From Bugula neritina (taxonomy: Eukaryota; Animalia; Bryozoa), in NCBI GenBank assembly GCA_964035545.1, contig OZ037765.1, forward strand, positions 2,294,001 through 2,358,000: a stretch of DNA of 64,000 nt. Reading direction: 5' to 3'. This document shows, piece after piece, positions 9,938 through 22,234 of this stretch. A program made the translations under genes and the position numbers. Numbering within the stretch: position 1 is the stretch's first letter; each line of letters begins with the position of its first letter. A model generated the notes under the pieces. That model searched no databases. It was not told the DNA's origin and saw only the letters and a program-made list of their open reading frames with translations.

Positions 9938-11935
9938 ATGAAGGCAGTTATTGGAGTTGTTCTATTAGGAGTTGTGCTCCCTGCTGTATCTAAAGAATGT
10001 GCTCAGGTAAGTCAAGTATATTACTGTAAATATGACATTTAATAGCAAATAAGGTCAATGCAGGGTTTTAGGTTAGTAAAAACTTTAAAGTCTTTAGGTT
10101 TTTTTAAGCAAAAGTTGATTGAATACCACCAAATAAATTCCACACTTTACAGTTCATGTGTACCTACCAAAGCTGGTGTTATTTAGTAGCCTTTACCAGG
10201 GTTCTATAAGCTAGATTACACTCTATCACACAGTTGTACGAGGAGAATGGACTCTCCCCCAACTTCAATGAGACCATTGCTCATGCTATCCACTCCCTCA
10301 CACTAAATGAACTGAGGAAGTTCAACCCTCTGGCTGAAGAGCTCAATGGTGTTCCTGTAGTAAATCCTCGACTAAATGACCCGACAGAAACTGAAAGAGT
10401 TGTCCCCCATGCTCCCGAAGAAGAAATCAGTAATAACAACTTTAAATAGCAATATAAATAGTATTGTATATATTCATTAAATTGCCGAATATTTTAGTCA
10501 ATTTATATATAGCACGCGCTTCTTTGCTTGCATACTTCTAGCTATTCTTACATGCTAAGATACAAATCTCCTAATTTTTCACCACAGATAAGAATTTTGT
10601 GAGTGAGGCAATGAACACCATAGACTCAGTGATGTCACAGGTGGGACAGTCAAGTGATCAGTTTGGTACTAACTGGCCACTCGTAGCCCGAATTGTCCAC
10701 AAGTTTCATATGAAAGACACTTGGGCTAAAATCAAAGAGGAGTTTGATCTTATGAAGCAGGTAGTTTCTGTAACCTGAAATATAATTATTTATAATATAT
10801 TAGGAACAAGTTCATTATAATATAGATTATAAATTATTATACATCTGCTTTATTAGTAATTAAAAACAAAAGTTATATAATATTATGTGGATTATGTAAT
10901 CTAAGCAAGGAATGGTGATTCAATTGTGGTTATATTAATACAATATTGAACTTAGTTTCTGCAGCATAATCTGTGTTAACTAAAAAAACACAACAGTATT
11001 TATGAAAATCTCCAATAGCTATTAGCAAGAGTAACAAAACAAGGAAAACAACTACCAATATTTATCATCTATATAGTTTCATAATATAATGTAGCACTGT
11101 TTTTTTTACTGTATATAAAACTTTAAAACTATAATAACAAATTGGAATATAAAAATAGGCTTCATAAACACAAAAGGTGAGACATCTCTAATATAGAAAT
11201 TTGATCTCTAAGCTTTATACAGTAAAGCTATAGATTTTCTGTACACATGTTTCAGCCATCTAAAGATCTGTGTGTATGTTTGAAAGACACGAAGAAGAAT
11301 GGAATATTCCAGGCTGTTGATTGGGTGGCTCGTCAGTACAGAGCTGGTAAGTATTGCACAGTGAAAAGACTGTGATTTAGTCTATTTCCTATTGCATAGT
11401 ATTAATTTTTATTTAGGAGTTGCATTTAAAGACAATATGCTTCATTATCATCAATATTGTATCATTTAAAGAATATTTCAGTACCTAATGACTATCTAAT
11501 ACTTGATATGACTCTCTTCTTGACTAGAAAAAGTGTCGTCTGAGATAGTCTCTTCTCTAACCTGTACTATCAAAACTAAACATTATTAGAAGTATTTTAG
11601 TGTTTGTATTTTGACTGCCAAAAATATCTTGAATTGAACTAAAGATCATAATTATCATTTAGCAGATAATAACTATTTGCAGCACTTAAATCCTTTTATA
11701 AAATAAACTTACTTTCTTGCTTGCTGTCACCATGCACTACAAATTAAACTTCAACAACTTTTTAATTTCTATTTTTAAAGCTCCTCTGTTCACTTTACTA
11801 AATAAACCACTGCCAAAACTAAGAGATGCTAAAAGTTGGGAGGCGTGGAGAGCCAGACTACTTCAGTATTATGATTCCCAGGCTATAACTGATGCAGCTA
11901 CATATCTAAGCTGTGTTCTCAACCCCACCAGCTAA
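9938..11935 (+). CDS. Secreted protein of unknown family, copy B (227 aa)
   Basis: Exons 9938-10006, 10234-10429, 10588-10760, 11256-11346 and 11781-11935 total 684 nt and are open. Signal peptide, HAIH and HKFH motifs, 4 Cys, NET sequon. AATAAA at ~12073. Confidence 0.88.
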
Positions 11936-12790
11936 ATACAGGAGTTTTGTTAAAAATTACTCTAAACATATTATTTATCCCGATAAAAGAGCTGAATATT
12001 GTCTATGATTTAAATTGACTTTTACATGCCTTTCTTATTTTAATTATATTTTAGTTCAATATTGACTATTCAATAAAGTATGTTGTTTTCCATAGAATTA
12101 TGGTGAAGCAAGTATGACATCATGGAAACTTCCTGACATTCCAACAGATAACAGTTCTAAATATTTGATTAGCAGTGCAGTATGTGAGAGTGGTGTTACA
12201 ACAAGTTGAAGATATGCTTTTTGTTATATTATATCATATTATATTATAGGATAGTATATTACATTATACTGCATTATATTGTAAGATATTATATCCTATA
12301 CTCCATCCCATTATAACCAACCATATAGATATGCATGTACTTCAATAAGTCAACATATCAGAGAGTTAATAGCCAACAAAATATGCTGATTAAACTTGCA
12401 CCTGCGTGTTTATAGCAAAATATTCTCATGTGCAGCCACTTTTGATATGAATTTGCTTTATAATCACAAAAGAGCATAAATAACACACTAAATACCAAGA
12501 CTAATCTTTATCTCTATAGTAACTGTAGGATTATGACAAATAAGTTTTATTGTATGCAAGACATGTTAAATAGTTGAGTATTTCAGAGAGAATGAAGAAA
12601 CACAGTCAAAACAGTTGTTTATTTTAATAGAAACCACGAAATACATTGACAAAAACTATACAACACTAAATTTATCATTCACTTTCCTTCTATATGTATA
12701 TCAACATAAAATAATAGTGTACAGGTGTTGGAAGGGAGATAACTCTAAATAATGTTTCTATAACACCGGGGAGACAACTTATTTAACAAT

Positions 12791-15700
12791 CTACAAGAAT
12801 ATACTGAGGTCAAGGTCTGGAATCTCCGAGCAATCAACTCTGCTGCTCTGCAACTCAAATACTTTCTTGGGAATTGTCTTCACATCGTGGTTGTTGCATA
12901 TAACCTGTGAAAGGATTACAGAGTTGTCTTATCGACAAATAACAAAATTTAAAAGAGTTAAACTTTAGATTTTCAACAGAAATTAAACTTTAGTTTCTTA
13001 ATAAAATTCAATAACTCTCACGAGAAATATGCCATATATGAGATTTTGAAAAATCAGTATTCGAGCTTAAGATAAAAAATAGATTATTGTTTCAATGTAG
13101 ATTCAAATCTGCAAATCTGCTTGTGAGAGTAACTTTGTTTTTTGAAAAATTGCTTTCCTGTTTCAATAGATTTTCTAGAAATGAGGCTGAGGTTAAAAAA
13201 GTATCCAAAGTTAATATTCAAAAAAATCAACACAGAATAAAATATCATTAAAAAGAAACGCCAAAGAGGAAATAATTTTCAAATAGTACATGGCAGATTG
13301 TTAAAATATAGGCCATGACACAGCAAAATCACTACAATTACAGATATAACTATTAAGAGAGCACAACAGATGCTATGGAAACACCTGTGTTGTCATAGCA
13401 ACGCAACAGCCGCTATAGAAACACCTGTGTTGTCATAGCAACAGTGGCAATGGGGACTATGCTGACTCACCTTAGCTAGAGTATAGTGACTGAGATTGTG
13501 AATCTGTTCAGCAGTGAAAGGGTGGGGGTAAGTGTCTACGTTCTCGAACCAGAACCTGTCTGCCTTCTTCAGAATACTAAACTGCTGAGCAATGATACAG
13601 GAGAATACAGGACCTACCAAGGATCCTGGGAGGTTTCTAGAAATACACATTCAACATGGCTGTCATTAAAAAAATCTAGTTTAAATTGTTCTCAAGCTAA
13701 GAGAATAATTATCAGAATACATACTTTTTAAATCAAATAACTTTCTAACTTTCTAATGTGACCAAGGTGCCACACTAAAAAAAATTTCAATAATAACATT
13801 TTACTCGACTTCTTCCAAAATTATTAGAAGTAGAAGTCTCTGTATCACTGGCAACTGAGTAATATTACCAGATATAGCTATATTTCGATAGCTGTGACAC
13901 ACACCAAGCACTGTCGCATACTCATAAATTTTAGTGTTGAGTTTACCCAGTAGTCCCTGTGGTGTAATGGTTGGTGCGCCTAGTTGCAAGCTGGAGGTCT
14001 CAGGCTCGAATCCCAGTGGGGGCAAACATTTTATATAAACACCAGTCGCAATAATTAAAACTTTTAGTAAACAAATATTAAAATCAGTTTAGATGAAAAT
14101 ATTCCACGTAGCATATAGGGAATTATCTACTCACGTTTCAGTGATACCTCCAGGAAACAAATCAATATCATCTACGTGTTCATATACTGATGACAAAGAC
14201 TTCTTCATCTTCTCAGTGTGATCAGACAACTCCTTAAAACTCTTAGCAGCGGGTAATCCACATTGACGTCTGTAGGCGTTGTAACCTGGCAACCCTGCAA
14301 CAAACATTCCCACAATCCCTTGCTGCATTATAATTATAGTATAATATGTAGTGAATAATAATACTACACAGAGCATAACTGAATACCATGATCTCTCGCT
14401 CTCTGTATGTTTAGAGCCAACAAATCTTCCCCAACTTTATTCCTCGTTGACTTTTTAAACAGCTGATCTTGGATATCTAAAAGAAATTATTATTTTACAC
14501 TAATTTGATACAGTTTTATAAAATATTTCATAAACAAGCACATATATATAATTATAAACAAAAATCTTCGAAAGCAAATTTTTATTTTTCAACAGTGGAA
14601 TTTAAAAAAATAAAGTAAAAAATTAAACTATTTGAATGAAACAGACATGCAAAAGAATTTGAATATCTTGAAATCAAAGCATCTCACTTGTAGTAAATCT
14701 CTCGTTGACTTTATCCGCCGGAGTTGAGACCAGTCCTCGAGTTATGGCGTCATGGCCGACCTCGAGGAAAGATACCGGTTGGTGAAAGAGTTTGACCAGA
14801 GACACGAGACCCGGCGCTGCTGCATTGTACTCCTTGTCAACCGGCAGCAGGCCAAAGGGAATCTGCAGCAAGATGACAAGTATAAGTACGGAAACCTTCC
14901 TTTTTTCAAATTGGTTCCTTTTAGTCCTAAATGTTTAATTTGGGACATTTTTTAGTATTTTTGTGTAAGTTTATTTTCGTTACTTTTTAATATGATGTAA
15001 TCTTTTTTAGTGTTTACACACTATATATGGCACTCAAAGATATCTTTAATTACCCAACACACGCACGCACCCACACACATATCTTTCATAAATGTCATAA
15101 AAATCCAGTAAGTAAAAAATAGGGCAGTACAAAAATTTAAATTCTAATATTACAGCAAAAGTTTTGATGGTAATTTTCAGATTTTAGAAAGGAAAATCAA
15201 CACATAATTATCTAAACTTAAACTAGTATATTTAAACTAGCAAAACACAGGATAACACAATACTTCTACTACCATGAGAATTTCTTATACCATAGCAATA
15301 CCAGTTAAACAGAAAAGACAATAATGCTACAAGGAGAGTCAGAGTGATTTATGCAGATGTACTCGTGTGTATTACCATTGAAAAAGTTACAGAGATTTTG
15401 CCTTCACATATACAATAGTAATTAGCCTGTATTTCAAGTAATATGAAGTTGTCTCTCCGTCAAAGTATTGCTACTTGATGCAAAAATAGTGTCACAGCAA
15501 AACACAAAGAAATAAATTTCAATTGTGTTTCATAAATTCAACCAAACTATTCAAGTAATAAATCTCTAACAGATAAAGTATACTGTAAGCAAAATATTTG
15601 GATATTTTAACCATACCACAGCTTGATAAGGCTATATGGCAAATAGTTTGCATCAGGTATTAGATACGTTACCTCACTATGCCCGTATCTAAAGGCTGCA

Positions 15701-18700
15701 GTGGCAAACTCATTCAAAGCCTGAGGATGAAGGTCAGGGTCATAGTGTGGCTCGCCTAGCCTTAAGTTATACTTAGAAATGGTATCGCTATTCAGGGTGA
15801 CTGGTATGTACTCCCCATATATAATCACCTACATAGGAAATACAGCTTTCTTCTAACAAGTAACACAAGTGGGTGTTTGTTGATAAAATGTTTGTGAAAA
15901 CAAGACTTTGCAAGACATGAGTCAGCTCTAGGAACATTGAAGTTGTCATCTCATAAAACTAGTCTAACAATTTAAACTTAGCGCTTAATTAGGCACAAAT
16001 TTGTTATTACAAGACTATTTATTAACTTCTGTGTGTTTGTTTTTTTAGAGCTTGATCATGGAAGCAGAAGGTTTTTGACTTTCTAAAATTCAGTAATAAA
16101 AACAGTAAGAATATCAAAAGTTAAAAAATAACTTCCAATTCAAATAAATAATTTTTTGATCACTCCAGGTTTACAAATGTTAGCTAAACCTTGCATACAA
16201 AGCTTTTGAAGCTTACAACCACACTACCCTGAGTGTATTACAATATGTATGTTATTAGCACACTCTCTGCTTTCTATTCCTTATTGTCTCACCTGAATCT
16301 GCGCAGCTAGAATACGTCTAGTCTTCTGATACACCTCCTCATCCAGGTGTTTGCCGGTCCAGTGAGGAAACAACTTCACATACTTGGTGTAGAAGAAATC
16401 AGCAATACGATTGTGTTCTTCTAGGAATGTGTTGTGTAGCGCAGTCATCCCCGTCCACTCATTCACTCTTCTGTCACCTGAATTCATAAGTTTACAAACT
16501 CAAATACTTTTTAACTATTACAGCTGAACGCAAAATGCAACTAATGCTATGTAACTGCTCTTTTATAGAACCTCTTTTCAGTATTTTAAGAAACATCATG
16601 TTTATCACTAACCCTCACAGATACTCTGGTGCGCTCTAAAGGGGCCAAGATTTATCAGCCCTTGATCTGCACACAGCATGTTTTAGCTTTATTACTAACA
16701 GCTATTACAGCGATCAATATGACAATCCATGTCTGGTTATTATAAACTAGTACCATTAGACTAGTACCACCGGACTGGTACCACTAGACTGATACCACCA
16801 GAGCAGTACCACCAGACTAGTACCATGATGACTCACCAGCCAGGAAACAGGACTGGACGGGAGAGGAAGGAGGAATGCCGCATTGACTCCCAGGGGGTTT
16901 AACCGGCAGAATACCGTCTGATCCAGACCTGAGTCTACCCCCAGAAAATAGCCTTAGTTCTCTGGCCTCAGACTCCGTGGAACCATAAACTATACCAGCG
17001 TCCAGAAAGGGAGTCAGATTGTTAATCTGCTCTCTGTACAACTTGTCTGAAGTTACACAGTAATAAACTAACAGAGTGCTATGATGAGAAGACTAAAGAC
17101 AGCTAGACTAAGTTCTAGTTTCCTCAAGCAGAAGAAATTGTCTCCCCTCAGGTCTATACATACACAGTCATACTGTTATTGAGATAACCTAAGTTATTCT
17201 GAATACATTATACTATTGAACATCATGCATATAAATACTATTAAAGCTTTTTCCATTGTAATCATCACATCACAAAGTGAGATAACTGCAGTAAAGGAGA
17301 AATTTTGTGTTTTGTATTAGAAACATGGCATAAGAAGTTATGTTCTCCATAAGAAATTTAACCCCAAAGTAAGATTTATTAAGAAAATCTATTGAAGTTT
17401 CATTACTACTGCACCTAAATGTTGAATACTCATCAATTCTATTTTGAGTCTTTAAAAAAAGACCTGGTCATATAAATTACTACTTTCCCCCTTCTATTAA
17501 AATAAAACTAAACCTGTACAGAGTTTACGGTAAATCTCAATAATACTGAAAACCATTAAACAAAGATCTAAACAGACAAACACATGACAGCCAAAGTAAT
17601 TGTCAATTACATACTGCAATCACCAGCCATGACGGCGTCTGATCGTATTAACGGCAAACACGAGACGGAGTAGAACGGATCATCATCAGGAACTGGTATA
17701 GAGAAGCATTGATGTCCCAGAGTAGGTCGTACTATATTCCCTTCACTGTCACAGCAGTTGAACTACAGATATCATGGCAATGAAACTCTTCTTATTGTGT
17801 GTAGTTTAAGCAATTACATTTCAATTATGTTTCTTAGCCTCGAGTGTGGGTTGATTGTGCTGATTTAAAGAGTAATAAATGTGCTTTAAAAAACGGTCTG
17901 GGTCCTAATGCTTAATGCTGTTGGAACAATAATGAATGTTATAAAAATCGATGTACAGACTAACAATATCAGCAAACAAATGAAAACTTTATACTCTGCA
18001 TGGGTTACTATATCACTAGCTCTATATATTACTTAAAAATAAAAACTTTCCAAAAAGCTTAAACAACAAATTTAATAGTTTGTTGAACTCCATAACTTGT
18101 AAACAAGCCACTATATTATATATGTTAGCATAGACATAGACATACAGAAGATGGTTTAGGTGTCAAGGAGATATCGTGGTCTATGAACTGTCCCCACGCC
18201 ATGTGCATCTGAGTATGAGTTGAGGAAGAGTCTGCAGAACGAGATAGCCTGAATACTGCAGTAGAAACCTTCCTGGCACTCGGGAGGCTCTTCTCACCCA
18301 CCACAGATTTGGTACGGGGGCTGTTAACGCCATCTACAAGGAAGCATAACTATTGTATAAGATATTATTAGATACATTAACACACGATTTCACAATACAT
18401 TCACACTTAGAGGTGATGCAAGCATTGATTTTCATGACTCATTATTAACAAGTAAAACTGTTTTAACATTGACAGGTGAAGCGAAATGTATTCTATACCC
18501 GATTATTTATCCGAAAAACAACACAAATCCCACATTTCCACAATCACATTACAATTAAGCCTCCACCAAATCACCATAATTATATTGTTTATTAGCTGGT
18601 GAAAAAAAAGAGGTCATTTTGTAAGATATTATAATTTATATCAACTGTAAACTAATATATTGTAATATCAACATATATACATATATAAACTAACTTTTAT

Positions 18701-19957
18701 ATTGTAATATCAACATATATACATATATAAACTAACTTTTATATTGTAATATCAACATATATACATATATAAACTAACTTTCTAATGATACCAGACCTAT
18801 ATTGAGAGAACGGCATCGAGTACGTACCGCCATAAGCGACCTGAGTAGGCAGTCTATTGAAGGGGCGACGGGATTGGCCCCACTCCGGGTACCGGAGGTT
18901 ATTACAGGAACCATCAGCAGATCTGTAGGGTGCTTCCGGATCACAAGAGTAAGGAGCGGCACTGATGAGGTTATGGCAGCGTAGTAGTGGCAGCATATTG
19001 TTAGGAGGTTGAGCAGCTATATAACAAAGTAATATATGTAGCATATACTGTACTCAGAGTAATATATACCCACAGCATGTAATGTATTAGGAGTAATATA
19101 TACCCACAGCATATACTGTACTCAGAGTAATATATGTAGCATAGCATAGAATTAATAATACTATACATCCTTATATATAAATTATTTACTATAATGTAAT
19201 ATACTGTACAGTATATACATATTAATATACAGTAAGTACATATAATATTCAATACATATATATAATATAATATAGTATATACATATATTATGTAGTATAT
19301 ACATATAATATACAGTAAATACATTTAATACAGTAGGCTATAGTGAGTACGAAGAAGACAAACCTCTGACACACACGTAGTCTCCTCCTAGAGTCGGGCA
19401 GCATCGATAATCCAGAGGGCATTTGCAGCTGTGAAACATCTTTTTACAGCATCGAGGACCCTTTTCATACAGTGGCCAGTCATCTATCTGCAGGGGCTGG
19501 GGACAGTGAAGCAGTGCTGCATTCTGTCCCAGGAGGACCATTAACCATAGGAACTAAATAGAAACACATTATGACACATAGTAGAGCTTAGTATAATATT
19601 ATTTACTGAAAAACTTATTGAATTATATGTTGAACTGAAGTGTGCTAAATGCATGCTTTAAATTTTGAAAAAAAATTATGTAGTCTTATAAAAAATGCAA
19701 AATATCAACAAAAACAAAAAAAAGTATAATATATATGCGATTTTGTGTAGCATTATACATATGTTCACAAGACATACATACATGGTATACATTATACATA
19801 ATATGCATGTATAAGTCGCACCATTTTTTATAATGGACAAATGCAAAATGAAGTCACAATTTGACTTTGAAATTGCTAGACTAATCTAATGCTTGTTGAA
19901 GGCAAACATTATTTTAGAAAATAAATAAAATAATAGGTAATTTATTACCTTCAACAT
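12791..19957 (-). CDS. Secreted animal heme peroxidase (peroxidase-cyclooxygenase superfamily, peroxinectin/chorion-peroxidase-like) with N-terminal Cys-rich module
   Basis: 13 exons: 19957-19949, 19553-19364, 19016-18828, 18333-18146, 17762-17615, 17046-16837, 16477-16293, 15828-15673, 14862-14688, 14476-14387, 14294-14135, 13636-13471, 12904-12791. Motifs YRSADGSCNN, WGQFIDHD (distal His), GDRRVNE (distal Arg/Glu), AFRYGHS (proximal His), NIQRARDHG, DRFWFEN. TATA at ~20070-20078. Confidence 0.92.
13953..14024 (+). pseudogene. tRNA-like sequence (GCA anticodon, Cys-like); pseudogene or SINE head in a peroxidase intron
   Basis: 72 nt with A box TGGTGTAATGG and B box GGCTCGAATCC. Acceptor stem GTCCCTG/TGGGGGC has several G-U pairs; anticodon loop is TTGCAAG. 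Stems are imperfect. Confidence 0.6.
16746..16826. repeat. 14-bp minisatellite (~6 copies) next to a peroxidase splice donor
   Basis: ACTAGTACCA(C/T)(C/T)AG-type units ending ~10 nt from the donor at 16836. Confidence 0.8.
18657..18781. repeat. 41-bp tandem repeat x3
   Basis: ATATTGTAATATCAACATATATACATATATAAACTAACTTT repeated. Confidence 0.85.
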
Positions 19958-22234
19958 ATTTTAAGCTAGCCTTCTGGCAAACAAATCTTGAATCAATAAC
20001 GCTTCCAATATAAAACGAAACCATATAACTCCTTACAAACTCAAGGAATGATTTGAAGATGGCCAGTACTTATTTATAGAAATATCCCTGCCGTCTTGTC
20101 AGTATCTTCTAGCCCTGGTTCTTGATTGGACACCACAGCAATATATTCAAGATGACACACCAACAATTATCTACCTTGGAAGATGCATTATCATCAAGCG
20201 CATTGTTTAGTAAATGGCACACACAATAGAAATAGTTGGACAGGAGGAAAATATTAGTGTTGACAATATATTATGTTGCAATATATTCCAGGTGGCACAC
20301 TTATTGTGGCAACAATAATCTACACTGAAAATGCATTATTACCAAATGCCACAACCAATAGAAAAGAGTGGACAGGATAAAAATACTGGTGTGAGTCAAC
20401 AGCTTAAAGACAACCAAACTACCAATCAGTTAATTCAATAACACTAATCAATCAACCAATAACGCTAATCAATAAACATAAACGGCAGTAGGTTACTTTG
20501 TATTCCTTGGTGTTACAAATTAAAGTACTATAAACACTGCCAAAACAAGTCAAACTCTATTCCTACAGCAGAGCCTCCTCTGTTGTAGAAATAAATGTAC
20601 ATGTCCCACTGTACTCGACTTTCCTGCAGTATAATATTATTATAAGATTCTTTTTGTATTACATATACATGCAAAAAGATATTTAAAATTTTAATCTATA
20701 TCGAAATTTATTATATTATATATAGTTATGCATAGAAGAAGGCTGCTCCAGCAGCATTTATTCATTGGTATATGGAAATAAGTCAAATCCTTATATGTTC
20801 TGACCAGAGCATAGAATTTTACTTCATGGCTCCATTTGTCATCCTCAGTTATTGATCTGCATAATATTTAAAGCACCATCTAATAGAAGATTTTGTCAGG
20901 TATGAGAGCTCTCGAGCTTCGGGTTATCATGCTCGTAAGGAATAGCAGTTATTGAAGGCAGCAGCATAGATATTTGCTATAGCTGCTGCCAACATTTCCT
21001 TAATGCTTGAGAAATTGAAGAGATTTTCATAGATCAATATTAAAGTATGTTTGTATTTAGTTAATGTGTTTGTACAAGTACATGGGGGAAAGATTATTAA
21101 GGTTTTATTATGTTCAATGTAAACAGAGCACTAGTTTGTCAATAAAATATCCTGTAAGCATTTGTCATTGCATTCTAGCCTGTGTCTAGACAAGATATTG
21201 ATAACTGAGCTGATGGGGAAACAATCAACATTGTTGGAAAAGGAGTGGCTTACGTCATTGGTTTCCAGCCATTTACTGGTTGCTTGTCTCCAACAAAATG
21301 AAAAATATCAGTATTTTAACATTTTGACCCGCAAAAAGAGTGCCGAGATTAAACAACCTAATGTGTGGAAATTTAAGTGTTCATAAAATGGGCAGTGGCG
21401 ACGCGAGGTAAAAAACTAAGTAGTTTCAACATGAGCCTGTCTCACTGATTAGCTCCACTTTGAGAATGAAATTAATTACATAATTTTGTTTACACTGATA
21501 AAAATTCTTTGAGGTTAAAATGCACATTAGTAGTGCCTAGACAGAATGGCACTATTAAAATAATTATTTAACCACTATTTACTTAACATAATTGTTCTGC
21601 AATGAACTGATAATTAATATCCTATGGCCTCATTATCAAAATTGTATTATTGATAAGTATATATTTTTATTTACTTTAGTTTTTCTTCTATTGTTGCATT
21701 GAGTGAATGTAGATAGCATTGCTATAGAATAAAATCCATTCATAAACAAATATTTAGATTACAATCCCAAATGCTCCGTTTGATTACTTCTATATAACAT
21801 ATGCATTATGCTTGTACATAGAGTGAACAATAAAAATACTAGATTAAAGTGTTAATCTATTCATAGTGTATACGTTAGTTGAGCTGTTGCTAAGTGGCTG
21901 CTGACTATATGATGTAGAGGCAGCGTGTGAATATAAAGTGCTGCCACATTAGTTGCTTCTTATTTAAGCAGCTGCAGCCTCTACTTTCGCATAGCAACTC
22001 TGCTGAAATATATTGATTGAAAGACACCATCATATGAAGTAAGTAATAATGCTATTTTCATAATGCATTTCAATGTAAATTACTCAATCTAATTATACTT
22101 TCAGCACTTTTACATAACATTCTACTTCTACCATTAGTCTAATAGAAACTGTACCAATTAGACAACTTTATGTTGAATCAATACTACATGCTTTGGCTAA
22201 TTTTATCTAGACCAAGATACAAGTACAAGGGAAA

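Noticed and set aside
13953-14024. Functional tRNA-Cys gene
   Set aside because: Mismatched stems and C in place of T in the T-loop motif (GGCTCGA); kept only as pseudogene/SINE head.
13801-14025. 74-aa ORF MPPLGFEPETS...
   Set aside because: Reverse complement of the tRNA-like sequence, a typical artefact.
19001-19324. Tyr/Ile-rich 107-aa ORF (and similar ORFs at 44844 and 45793-46055)
   Set aside because: Low-complexity AT-rich or microsatellite intronic sequence.
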